From Candidatus Scalindua sp. (GTDB lineage Bacteria; Planctomycetota; Brocadiia; Brocadiales; Scalinduaceae): 32,000 nucleotides of DNA. The number at the start of each line of letters is the position of its first letter. The first letter of the stretch is position 1. The notes under the pieces are model-generated. The model was not told where the DNA came from and ran no database searches. It saw only the letters and a program-made list of their open reading frames with translations. The stretch spans positions 1,080,001-1,112,000 of the forward strand of contig JALDRA010000001.1 in NCBI GenBank assembly GCA_031316235.1. The letters are read 5' to 3'. Both the position numbers and the translations under genes were made by a program. Below, in pieces: positions 10,473-19,583 of the stretch.

Positions 10473-12482
10473 TTACTCTTTTTTTCTGTGAGCGTGAGCA
10501 AGACCAGGTTCGCATCCAGGTTGTACTTCCTTACCATCAACTGAAAGCTGTCGCCTGTCTTCCATATCGTACAGCTTCCTCTCCTTCTTTACGTTTATGC
10601 CCAACGCATCCCTCTTCTTCTCTATATGGTCAATTATCAATTTCGCCATAACCTTCAAATCAGGCTCAAATGACCACTTACCTCCCACCAACTCCTCTAA
10701 ACCTTCAGTTAAAAATTTATCAACTTCCGGTGCTCCACTCGCAGGAGACTTTGTCCCAAATAATGTATAGACTCCGCTCGTAACAAAGTAGTGCCCGATT
10801 GCCAGTGCCTTTTCATGCATCCAGTCCAGGCACACTCCCGCTACCGGAAGCTCACTGATATCATTACCAAGACCTCCCTCCTTCACCATCTCCGAACACG
10901 ATATCAGTATCCTGCTATTGTCTACACACGATCCTGCGTGAAGCACGGGCGGCATTCCCACCGCCTCACATACCTCTCTCAAACCCTCTCCTGCATTTTT
11001 CATAAACTCAGGAACCATCATACCCTCTCGTGCGCACTCTGCCGCCGCACAACCTGTCTGCACCACCAGGATGTTATTCGCTATCAACTCGTTTACCAGA
11101 CTCATGTACGGCAGCTGGTCAGGCCACAATATCGAACTCGTGCAACCTACCACACCCACCACACCACGGATCCTGCCGTTCATTATATTATCATTCAGCG
11201 GCCTGTAGGATGCCCTGTAGGTACCCCCGAGCATATACTTTATCGTCTCATGAGTAAAACCTACCACCACATCTGACTTCTTGCCCTTCGGTATATAAAC
11301 CCTGCTCCTGTCACGGTTAGGATAGTTATTTATCGCAATCCTTACAATTTCCTTAGCCTTCTCATAGGCATTCTCATCATTTATCTCTATGTGCTGCGTG
11401 CCTGCTATCTTCGCCTTGGGGGATGTCGTTATCAATTTCGTATGAAAATGACTTGCAACTTCTTCATCTCCCTGCATCACACACTGAATATCCACCGTTA
11501 TTGCCTCTATTGCACCGGTCGCCAACGCCATCTCCTGCATCTTCATATGTCCGGCAAGCGGAATACCATGCCTCATCAGCATCTCATTCGCCGTACAACA
11601 TATCCCGGCAATACTGATCCCTTTCGCTCCTACCGCCTCTGCCTCTTTTAAAAGCTCCGGATCCTGAGATGCAACCGCTACCATCTCAGACATCTGCGGC
11701 TCATGACCATGTACGAGGATGTTTACCTCATCTTCCCGTATCACTCCAAGATTAGCAGTACCGCGCTTTGGCTTCGGTGTCCCGAAAAGTATATCCTGGA
11801 GCTCGGTGGCTATCATCGCCCCGCCCCAGCCGTCTGCCAACGATGTCCTGCATGCATGCAGTATCAGATTCTTATAATCCTGATCTGTACCCATTCCGGT
11901 ACGGTGCATGGACTCCGTAACCTCCCTGTCTATCGCCCTGGGCGTCACATCAAGCTTTTCCCACACCTTCTGCCTGTTAATAGGCGCTTTCGTTGCAAAC
12001 TTCTGCGTACCATATGCCTTACCGAACTCCGCAAGCGCCATCTCTCCAACCTCTTCCGCTATCTCCTCTGTCTTTCGTCCTTCGGTAGAAACATCAAACA
12101 ACTGTGCAACCTCATGGAGTTTTTTGATGTCCGTTATCTTATACCCTGTAGCTTCCCCCCTGGCCGTTGAGATCAGAAGATGGGCAACCGATCTGCCATG
12201 GTCTGAGTGTGCTGCGGTTCCTGCTGCAACGTACCGTACAAAATGCCTCGCCGCAATCGTGTTTGCATCCGCTCCGCATACCCCCTTCTTCGGTCCTCTG
12301 CCAAACGGATCAACGTTACAGGGACCCATCTGGCAATGCCTGCAGCAGAGCCCGATCTTACCAAATCCGCATTGCGGCTGCTGCGCATCGTATCTATCAT
12401 ACGAACTCTCTATACCTTCATCTTCCATCTTTTTAAGCAGTTCCAAAGACTCACGGTCTGCCCCTTCATAATTACGACCCAT
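10473..12482 (-). CDS. cooS: Ni-dependent carbon monoxide dehydrogenase catalytic subunit (CooS type)
   Basis: N-terminal cluster-B/D motif (QPQCGFGKIGLCCRHCQMGPCNV) and later CODH cysteine/histidine motifs (VHGHEP, GICCTANE, GCTS, HAGSCVDN). The ATG at 12482 lies 9 nt after a GGAGGA RBS, so the 21-codon extension in the track ORF is probably not translated. Confidence 0.85.
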   Translation of the reverse strand: MGRNYEGADRESLELLKKMEDEGIESSYDRYDAQQPQCGFGKIGLCCRHCQMGPCNVDPFGRGPKKGVCGADANTIAARHFVRYVAAGTAAHSDHGRSVAHLLISTARGEATGYKITDIKKLHEVAQLFDVSTEGRKTEEIAEEVGEMALAEFGKAYGTQKFATKAPINRQKVWEKLDVTPRAIDREVTESMHRTGMGTDQDYKNLILHACRTSLADGWGGAMIATELQDILFGTPKPKRGTANLGVIREDEVNILVHGHEPQMSEMVAVASQDPELLKEAEAVGAKGISIAGICCTANEMLMRHGIPLAGHMKMQEMALATGAIEAITVDIQCVMQGDEEVASHFHTKLITTSPKAKIAGTQHIEINDENAYEKAKEIVRIAINNYPNRDRSRVYIPKGKKSDVVVGFTHETIKYMLGGTYRASYRPLNDNIMNGRIRGVVGVVGCTSSILWPDQLPYMSLVNELIANNILVVQTGCAAAECAREGMMVPEFMKNAGEGLREVCEAVGMPPVLHAGSCVDNSRILISCSEMVKEGGLGNDISELPVAGVCLDWMHEKALAIGHYFVTSGVYTLFGTKSPASGAPEVDKFLTEGLEELVGGKWSFEPDLKVMAKLIIDHIEKKRDALGINVKKERKLYDMEDRRQLSVDGKEVQPGCEPGLAHAHRKKE

Positions 12483-12691
12483 TTTATATGTCCTCCAAAA
12501 AATTCTGGTCAGAAAAAAAGATCCCCGGTTTTCCCGTATTACCAAAAAACCCCGAGAGGGGACTTTTCTGTAACTTCTGACCTCGTTACAAAAGCTATCG
12601 AACCTTAAAGTAAAAAAACTCTAAAACGATCGCGCTCACAGAGCCTCAGAGTTAGCCGAATTATCTGAACATTCGTGACAGTGAGAAAAGG

Positions 12692-13132
12692 CTAAGAAGT
12701 TGAGGCCTCTCTGGTGTCCCGAAGGCATTGTTTACACGTTCCATAGAATGCTATATGATAACAGGAAGGCGTAAATTTATCAAGAACTTCGTTTGGAAGC
12801 TTAAGCCCTTCCAGGCCCTCGTTAACATCAGCAATCATATTGCACCGTGAACAGATAATGTGGTGGTGGGCTCTTGTGTTTGGATCAAAATATTTTCTCC
12901 CTGCATCTATAGTTATCTTTAAGATCTCACCGAGGGATTCCAATACCTCGAGAGTCTTATAAACAGTAGTAAATGAGATCGTTGGATAGATCTGTCTTAT
13001 CTCATTGTATATGCATTCCGCCGACGGATGAGCTGTATTTCCCTCAAGGATCTTAAATATACCGAGACGCTGCGGAGTAATCTTGAGAGCCTTACTCTTA
13101 AAAAGCCTAACCAACTCTTCTACTTTTCTCAT
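12692..13132 (-). CDS. Fur-family metalloregulator (Fur/PerR/Zur subtype undetermined)
   Basis: 146 aa with a winged-helix N-terminus (ITPQRLGIFKIL...SFTTVYKTLEVLESLG), an HHH metal site and two CxxC pairs (CSRC, CKQC). Confidence 0.85.
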   Translation of the reverse strand: MRKVEELVRLFKSKALKITPQRLGIFKILEGNTAHPSAECIYNEIRQIYPTISFTTVYKTLEVLESLGEILKITIDAGRKYFDPNTRAHHHIICSRCNMIADVNEGLEGLKLPNEVLDKFTPSCYHIAFYGTCKQCLRDTREASTS

Positions 13133-13172
13133 TCAAAAGTGCCCCATAAATCCATTTTATTCTGCATGCGTT

Positions 13173-13201
13173 ATTAAACTACAATGATTACATTTAGTCA
13201 A
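13173..13201 (-). promoter_or_regulatory. candidate promoter of the Fur-family gene with a Fur-box-like spacer
   Basis: The minus strand reads TTGACT, a 17-nt spacer, then TTTAAT, about 40 nt upstream of the ATG at 13132. The spacer contains AATGTAATCATT, which resembles the GATAATGATAATCATTATC Fur-box core. Confidence 0.4.
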
Positions 13202-13262
13202 GCTTTTTTTAATTTGAAATACCTGTGCATTAAATAAGAAGAAAGGGGAAAGGATCTCGTTT

Positions 13263-14585
13263 TTACGTCCTGGCCTCACTCTTCCTTAATGCCTCCTGAA
13301 GTATCTTTATTGAGTGTGTAGTTTTTATTGTAGAGTTTCTGCTTGCCAACCCATCAGCAATCTGCATGACACAGCCCGGGCAGTTCGTTGCAACGGTAGC
13401 AGCACCGCTCTTTTCAATCGAATTTACCTTCCTCTCCAACATCTTCAGAGTCAGGTCGTAATGAATTATCGTAAAAATCCCTCCTCCACCGCAACAGGCA
13501 TCCGCCATATCCATTTCGACAAAGCGGGAAGATTTTTTCAGGACACTTCTGGGCTCTTCGGATATATTACGTACCCATAAAAGATGGCAGGGATCATGAT
13601 AGGTCACCTTTTCCTCAAGTGGCTTCACTCCCGGTATATCACCGATAAACGTATCAATGAACTCAGAGATATCGTAAATTTTGTCTGACATCTGTTTCCA
13701 GGAGGGCCCAAGGATGCGAAGGTAATCATTTTTAATAGCCTTGGTGCAGGTGGCACAGGCACTGACGATTGCATCAAGCTCTAATGATTCAAAGACCTTC
13801 CTGTTTTCTTCTGCAAGTCTTTTAGTCGACTTCACATCACCCATAGTTGAGGATGGTGTACCGCAACACAATTGCCTTTGCGGAACTACAACCTCTATGT
13901 TCATCCGATTCAAGACTTCTACCACTGCTTCAGCAACATCTACATAGATATAATTTATCAGACATCCCGTAAAAAACCCTACTCGCATTCGAGGGTTTTT
14001 TATTTTTTTTGTTTTCCGGAATTTCTGTAAAGCGCTCTTCCGCGCTAAAGTGGGTATCCACCTTTTCCCCATGAACAGGAGAGGCAGGTGCCGCATTTGC
14101 CCTCTTTTCTTCATCGGCATAAATCTTTGTACCCGGGAACTTACTTTCAGCAGGATATCAAACAGTATCCTTCTTGGCAAAATATACCGGAAGATAATCT
14201 TCGGCAGCAGAGGTATACCCATATTTTCAGCTACTCCGTGAAGTAATGCCGATATGATCTTTTCATAATCCACATCGGAAGGACACACCTTGCGGCACCT
14301 CATGCACTTTTTGCAGGAATATACGTAATCACGCAATTTTTCGGTGTAGACTATCTGCTGATCCAGAAGTGCTTCTGCAAGACTAATGCGGCCTCGGGCA
14401 ACCGAAGATTCATCATGGGTTTCAAGAAAAACCGGGCACACCGTATGGCATTTCCCGCATTTTGAACACTTACTGACTTCCTCTTTCCAGTCATCACTCA
14501 TTAAAAGTCTCGATCCTTTCAACCCTGAAAATACCTCAAATTTTTGCCTTTCGTAAGTTGTCATCAACAGAGAGTTCCGGCTCAA
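13263..14585 (-). CDS. GlcF-like Fe-S oxidoreductase (two 4Fe-4S motifs plus CCG domains)
   Basis: CSKCGKCHTVCP and CKKCMRCRKVCP ferredoxin motifs are followed by two cysteine-rich CCG-type regions (CCGTP, CCGGGG). The start is uncertain: TTG at 14585 or ATG at 14564. Confidence 0.8.
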   Translation of the reverse strand: MSRNSLLMTTYERQKFEVFSGLKGSRLLMSDDWKEEVSKCSKCGKCHTVCPVFLETHDESSVARGRISLAEALLDQQIVYTEKLRDYVYSCKKCMRCRKVCPSDVDYEKIISALLHGVAENMGIPLLPKIIFRYILPRRILFDILLKVSSRVQRFMPMKKRGQMRHLPLLFMGKRWIPTLARKSALQKFRKTKKIKNPRMRVGFFTGCLINYIYVDVAEAVVEVLNRMNIEVVVPQRQLCCGTPSSTMGDVKSTKRLAEENRKVFESLELDAIVSACATCTKAIKNDYLRILGPSWKQMSDKIYDISEFIDTFIGDIPGVKPLEEKVTYHDPCHLLWVRNISEEPRSVLKKSSRFVEMDMADACCGGGGIFTIIHYDLTLKMLERKVNSIEKSGAATVATNCPGCVMQIADGLASRNSTIKTTHSIKILQEALRKSEART

Positions 14586-14593
14586 CCACGTAT

Positions 14594-16006
14594 TTAAAGA
14601 GAAGAGGGGAACAACTTGCCTGGATTCATTATCCCTTTGGGGTCGAAAAAATCCTTAAATTTTTTCATAATTGAAAGTTCCTGAGGGGATATTTCCAATT
14701 CCATGAATTGTGATTTCCTGTTCCCGATTCCGTGTTCACCGGAGATCGTACCGCCCAATTCCACTACTTCTTCCATAACACGCTGGACAACGCTTTCTGC
14801 AATTTCTTCCTGCCCGGGTTCATCAGAATACATTATGTTTACGTGGATATTCCCATCACCGATATGCCCGAAATTAGCAACAAATATCTCCTGTTTTTCA
14901 TTTATTGTATCAATCTTCTGTAAGAGTTCTTTAATCTTGCTTCTCGGCACACAGACATCTTCATTTAGCTTGTGGCTGGCAATTGTATATAATGCCGGAG
15001 AAATTGAACGCCGGACAGACCAGATAGCGTTTCTCTCTTTTCCTGTCTCTGCCACTTTCACCTTTAAGGCATTTTTTTTCCTGCAGGCACTCTCAACAAT
15101 CGGCAGATCATGCTTGATATTCTCCCCTGTCCCATCAATATCAATTAATAACAGCGCTTTCACTCCCTCATCGAGCGTAATCCCTCCGTATCCGCGCACC
15201 GCACTGATACTCATGTGGTCCATGAATTCTAATGTACGGGGCAAAATAGAATTCTCGATAACTAAATCAGCCGCATCGATGGCATCATCTCTTTCACTGA
15301 AAAAGGCTGCAAGGGTCTCTATCTTCTCAGGTTCAGGGATCAACTTCACGGTAATTTTTGTAAAGATTCCCAGGGTACCCTCAGAACCGACGAAGAGTCT
15401 TGTCAAATCATAACCCGTTACGCTCCTGCGAGTTTTCCTCCCGGTATGTATGACAGACCCATCTGACAAAACAATCTCCAAAGCAAGGATGTAATCCCTT
15501 GTCACACCATACTTCAATCCAGTTATGCCACCGGCACACTCAGCAACATTACCCCCGACAGTTGAAAAGGCTGCACTTGAAGGGTCCGGAGGGTAAAAGA
15601 GTCCGTACTTTGCCACCTCATCCTGGAGATACTTTGTAACCACTCCAGGTTCAACGGTGGCGGTAAAATCCTCCGGGCAGATACTCAGAATCCGATTCAT
15701 CCCCTTCAAATCCAAGATAATACCACCCTGAAGAGGTACTGCGCCACCAGACAGTCCGGTACCTGCTCCCCTTGAACAAACAGGTATCCCATGTCTGTTC
15801 GCAATCTTCAAGGTAGCAGCGACATCCGATGTGGTTCCAGGCCTTATTACGATATCAGGAACCGCCTTCTGCTTGGTACCGTCATAGGAATAACAGAGCC
15901 GGTCTTCAATCTCCGTCAGGACCCTGTCCTTTCCCAAGGCCCTTACCAACTCACTCACACCCTTTCTGTCGATATCCGCTGTTCTTTTTTTCCTCTTAAA
16001 CAGCAT
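14594..16006 (-). CDS. FAD-linked oxidase, GlcD/D-lactate dehydrogenase-like
   Basis: FAD-binding PCMH-type domain (RGAGTGLSGGAVP, VGGNVAECAGG) and the C-terminal FAD-oxidase domain (GEHGIG...DPKGIMNPGK). Confidence 0.85.
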   Translation of the reverse strand: MLFKRKKRTADIDRKGVSELVRALGKDRVLTEIEDRLCYSYDGTKQKAVPDIVIRPGTTSDVAATLKIANRHGIPVCSRGAGTGLSGGAVPLQGGIILDLKGMNRILSICPEDFTATVEPGVVTKYLQDEVAKYGLFYPPDPSSAAFSTVGGNVAECAGGITGLKYGVTRDYILALEIVLSDGSVIHTGRKTRRSVTGYDLTRLFVGSEGTLGIFTKITVKLIPEPEKIETLAAFFSERDDAIDAADLVIENSILPRTLEFMDHMSISAVRGYGGITLDEGVKALLLIDIDGTGENIKHDLPIVESACRKKNALKVKVAETGKERNAIWSVRRSISPALYTIASHKLNEDVCVPRSKIKELLQKIDTINEKQEIFVANFGHIGDGNIHVNIMYSDEPGQEEIAESVVQRVMEEVVELGGTISGEHGIGNRKSQFMELEISPQELSIMKKFKDFFDPKGIMNPGKLFPSSL

Positions 16007-16070
16007 AGTTCTCTCTCCACCTTACATTAAGCAGTTCATACGCCATATTGATACCTTCCTGTCGGGGTTC

Positions 16071-16154
16071 GTGTCCCGAACGACTATACTAAAACCGATT
16101 TGGTTTTCGATATTACCGCAACGCAGTAGATGGGTAGTCTTGGTTCAAACACTA
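16071..16154. repeat. short composite interspersed repeat (MITE-like), overlapping the stop codon of the upstream gene
   Basis: 16118-16154 is 35/37 identical to the reverse complement of 31837-31873. 16085-16109 is 25/25 identical to the reverse complement of 20650-20674. Confidence 0.8.
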
Positions 16155-17525
16155 AGTAAAAATCTTTCCAGGATTCATAATACCTTTCGGATCAAACATC
16201 TTCTTTAATTCTTTCATCAACCCTATCTCCTGAGCCGATAGCTCCAGATTTAAAAATTCAGATTCCGCATCCCCTACTCCATGTTCTGCCGTAATAGTAC
16301 CTCCAATTGATATGACTTCCCTCAATACCTTTTCTATAAAATCATGAACAGGGCCCCTCTTCTCTGAATCATTATACATTACACTCAGGTGGATGTGGCC
16401 TTCACCAATGTGCCCAAAAGCGGCAACCGTAATTGAAGAAGTCATGCTCAGATCATATACCTTTTCCAGGATCTCCCGCACCCTGCTTCTCGGCACACAA
16501 AAATCATCATTGAATTCCATTGCTGCTATCTTGAACAGAGACGGTGAAACAGATCTCATCATCTGCCAGAGACTGTTTTTCTCCTCGTCCGTCTTTACTA
16601 TTTCACACTTCAAAGCGCTGTTTTCTTTAATAATTCCCTCAATTTTCGAAAGATCATTTGTCACATTCTTTTCGTTCCCGTCAAGATCAATAAGCAAAAG
16701 AGCCTCCGCTCCTTCAGGTATTGCAACCTTTGAGACCTCCCTGATGGCATGTATACATACCCTGTCTGCAAATTCCATTGAACGCGGCAGGATATGATTC
16801 TCAACCTGAATCGAGTCCGAAACTTTCAGGGCGTCATGAAAATCCCTGAAATAAGAGATAATAGTCCCGCGCTTCTCCGGCATTGGCAACAGTTTTAACG
16901 TTATCTTGGTGTAGACACCCAATGTCCCTTCGGACCCAACAAAAAATCTCGTCAAATCATAGCCAGCAACACTCTTAAGCGTTTTACGCCCGGTATTAAT
17001 AATTGAACCATCGGGCAAAACTACCTCCAGGGCGAGGACATAGTCTCTCGTCACGCCATATTTCATCCCCGTAACACCACCCGAACACTCTGCAACATTT
17101 CCTCCGATAGTTGAAAATTCAGCACTCCCGGGATCAGGGGGGTAAAAAAGTCTGTTTTTTGCTGCCTCATTCTGTATATCTTTTATAACAACCCCGGGCT
17201 GAACAGTTACCGTTAAATCTCTGGCATTCAGATCGAGAATCTTATCCATGTTTTTAAGATCCAGGACGATGCCGCCTTTTATGGGAACCGCCCCTCCTGA
17301 GAGACCCGTACCAGCCCCCCTGGGGCAGATCGGAATGGAGTATCTGTTCGCAATTGAGGCTATCCTTGCAACATGCTCCGTCGTGTGCGGCCTTATTACC
17401 AGATCGGGAAGAGACCGCTCATTTGTTGCATCAGATGAGTAACAGGCTCTCTCTTCGATAGTATCAAAGACGTTTTCCCCTCCTACTGCACCGTACAACT
17501 CTTCAATTATCCTGGCGTCTATCAT
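16152..17525 (-). CDS. FAD-linked oxidase, GlcD-like paralogue
   Basis: Same motif set as the 14594-16006 product (RGAGTGLSGGAVP, IGGNVAECSGG, AEHGVG...DPKGIMNPGK). It is clearly a paralogue of the neighbouring gene. Confidence 0.85.
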   Translation of the reverse strand: MIDARIIEELYGAVGGENVFDTIEERACYSSDATNERSLPDLVIRPHTTEHVARIASIANRYSIPICPRGAGTGLSGGAVPIKGGIVLDLKNMDKILDLNARDLTVTVQPGVVIKDIQNEAAKNRLFYPPDPGSAEFSTIGGNVAECSGGVTGMKYGVTRDYVLALEVVLPDGSIINTGRKTLKSVAGYDLTRFFVGSEGTLGVYTKITLKLLPMPEKRGTIISYFRDFHDALKVSDSIQVENHILPRSMEFADRVCIHAIREVSKVAIPEGAEALLLIDLDGNEKNVTNDLSKIEGIIKENSALKCEIVKTDEEKNSLWQMMRSVSPSLFKIAAMEFNDDFCVPRSRVREILEKVYDLSMTSSITVAAFGHIGEGHIHLSVMYNDSEKRGPVHDFIEKVLREVISIGGTITAEHGVGDAESEFLNLELSAQEIGLMKELKKMFDPKGIMNPGKIFT

Positions 17526-17918
17526 ACCTGCATCTATCTATTGTTCCATTCCAACGTTCCATTCCAAGCCGAATGGGTAGGGAGATTTCTCAAAAAATTA
17601 TATCCTGCAAAGACCGAAATGACTTAAGAGCCTCCTGCCTGCGGGTGTGAAAGGGGGCGGACATGCGCAACTCTTTCAAAATCAACCAGTCATCATCCTG
17701 CAGATTCGGGCGAGAGCACTGACGCACAGAGAACCTGTTTTTTACATCCTTATGCATGAAAATAAAAAAAACAGTTGCTAATTTATCCATTTTATTATAA
17801 AAGCGGTACTCTGTCCATTGTGAAAATTTGTAACCGTATCATGTCGTGAATCGTGACTTTCTCAATAACAGGATACCAAGCTATCAGTCTGTTTTTTCCC
17901 GGAAGGAAGCAATTCCAA

Positions 17919-18662
17919 ATGAAATCTCTCTATATTCTTACCTTACTCCTAGCCACTGCATGTTTATTGCCCCTTGAAGTTTCCGGTCAAACACCTGAAG
18001 AAGAAGAGACCTTTCCCTATCAAAGCTGGCAGTTTTTATATGAAAGCAAATGTTCAAAATGTCATACACTGGAGCGGGTATTTGCCGAACCAAAGAGTGA
18101 GGAAGAGTGGAGGGCCTGTATCAACAGAATGATGGAAAAGAGCCCTTTATGGATTGCGCCGGATGAGGGGAAACAGATTATGGCCGAAATCATGGGGCAG
18201 AAAGCGGGAACCGTAGCCTCTTTACCGGAAAGAAAACAGTATGATGATGCAAGGCTGCTCTTCATTGACAGGTGCACAATATGCCACTCAGTCAACAGGA
18301 TAATTTCAGTAAATAAAACAAATGAGGAGTGGAAAGAAACCGTTCAGAGGATGTGTGATAATGCTCCAGACCTCTTCCTGGATGGAGATCTCCCCGTCAT
18401 TACAGAATTCCTTAACGAAAGAGCTACCGTCCTGCGGGATGATTTAGCCGCAGAAATAATGGTTGAAAAATGCCTGATATGCCATGAAGCAGGAAGGATA
18501 CTTCTGGAACGTAAATCAAGAAGCGATTGGGAAAAAACCGTTACGGAGATGCGTAAACTGGCAAGGGAAGGGTTTAATAAAGATTGGTTTACACACAGTG
18601 AATTCAAAATAATAGTCAATATGCTCGTAAAGACACAGGGCATTGAACCTGTTGATAACTGA
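17919..18662 (+). CDS. secreted trihaem c-type cytochrome built from three repeats
   Basis: Three CxxCH motifs (CSKCH, CTICH, CLICH), each followed by the same R...(E/D)EW..(T/C)(V/I)..M pattern. This pattern resembles the haem-binding repeat of the quinohaemoprotein amine dehydrogenase alpha subunit. A signal peptide begins at the ATG at 17919 (MKSLYILTLLLATACLL), preceded by a GGAAGGAAG RBS. The track start at 17853 is GTG. Confidence 0.7.
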   Translation: MKSLYILTLLLATACLLPLEVSGQTPEEEETFPYQSWQFLYESKCSKCHTLERVFAEPKSEEEWRACINRMMEKSPLWIAPDEGKQIMAEIMGQKAGTVASLPERKQYDDARLLFIDRCTICHSVNRIISVNKTNEEWKETVQRMCDNAPDLFLDGDLPVITEFLNERATVLRDDLAAEIMVEKCLICHEAGRILLERKSRSDWEKTVTEMRKLAREGFNKDWFTHSEFKIIVNMLVKTQGIEPVDN

Positions 18663-18672
18663 CACTCCTATC

Positions 18673-19581
18673 ATGAGAAAACCATTACAAACGTGTCTAT
18701 GTATCGCAACGTTTCTCTTTATTCTCGCACCTGTGGTGCGAGCGGCAGAAGAGGATCCCGTTTTGACAGAACTTGAACAAGACAAACCTCTTACTCATAT
18801 AGATAGTATAACGGACATGGAATTTGTGCTCGTAAAGGGAGGTTGTTTTGAAATGGGAGACTCATTCAGTGGTCCGAAAAACAGTGAGAACCCATTGAGT
18901 GAGTTATCGTTTGATGATGAAGCAAACAACGCAACACCAGTGCACAAAGTCTGTGTGGACGATTTTTATATCGGGAAATATGAGGTCACACAGGGAAAGT
19001 GGAAAGTGGTAATGGGTGACAATCCATCATATTTCACCTCTGGTTTTCACACCTCCCCTCAATATCCTGTGGAGTGTGTAAACTGGTACGATATAGAGAA
19101 ATTTTTAGAAGAATTAAATAAAAAGAGTGGAATGAATTACCGCCTTCCGACTGAAGCAGAGTGGGAATACGCCGCCAGGAGCGGAGGGAAAGAAGAGAGA
19201 TTTGCCGGTTTTTCAAATGAAAAAGAGCTCTACCTCTATGCCAATTTTTGCGATGCAGCCTGCAAAACACTCTGGAATACCGAAGACCAGGAGGATGGCC
19301 ACGAAATCACATCACCCGTGGGAATCTTTCGGCCAAACGGATTAGGCATCTATGATATGACGGGAAATGTATGGGAGCTCTGTTCAGACTGGTATGACCA
19401 GGAGTATTACAAAATTTCTCCCCTTAAAAACCCACAAGGCCCTTCGACCGGTCTCCACCGGGTACTTCGCGGTGGAAGCTGGGGTAACCAGCCAAATGAC
19501 CTCTCCACATCTTTCCGCTATCACAAATCACCGGATCACCGGACTGGCTACACGGGATTCCGTCTTGCATTTACCCCATAG
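18673..19581 (+). CDS. secreted FGE-sulfatase (SUMF1/formylglycine-generating enzyme) family protein
   Basis: Hallmark motifs are present: PVECVNW, YRLPTEAEWEYAARSG, GNVWELCSDWY, RVLRGGSW, GFRLA. A signal peptide begins at the ATG at 18673 (MRKPLQTCLCIATFLFILAPVVRA). Confidence 0.85.
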   Translation: MRKPLQTCLCIATFLFILAPVVRAAEEDPVLTELEQDKPLTHIDSITDMEFVLVKGGCFEMGDSFSGPKNSENPLSELSFDDEANNATPVHKVCVDDFYIGKYEVTQGKWKVVMGDNPSYFTSGFHTSPQYPVECVNWYDIEKFLEELNKKSGMNYRLPTEAEWEYAARSGGKEERFAGFSNEKELYLYANFCDAACKTLWNTEDQEDGHEITSPVGIFRPNGLGIYDMTGNVWELCSDWYDQEYYKISPLKNPQGPSTGLHRVLRGGSWGNQPNDLSTSFRYHKSPDHRTGYTGFRLAFTP

Positions 19582-19583
19582 AC

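Noticed and set aside
10473-12545. Hybrid-cluster protein/hydroxylamine reductase call, and the 690-aa extended start
   Set aside because: The N-terminal CGFG..G.CCR.C..GPC motif and overall length fit CooS-type CODH rather than Hcp. The upstream 21 codons lack an RBS, whereas the ATG at 12482 has a GGAGGA 9 nt upstream.
10791-12608. Multiple plus-strand ORFs antisense to cooS (for example 10791-11276, 11703-12170, 11908-12471)
   Set aside because: These are shadow ORFs opposite a strongly supported gene, and their translations are Ser/Pro/Cys/His-rich nonsense. The same reasoning applies to 14703-15413, 16393-16797, 22376-22906 and 23006-23416.
17590-17790. 66-aa minus-strand ORF upstream of the GlcD-like gene
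   Set aside because: It has no RBS and no recognisable motif, and it sits in a promoter-like AT-rich region. It was left uncalled.
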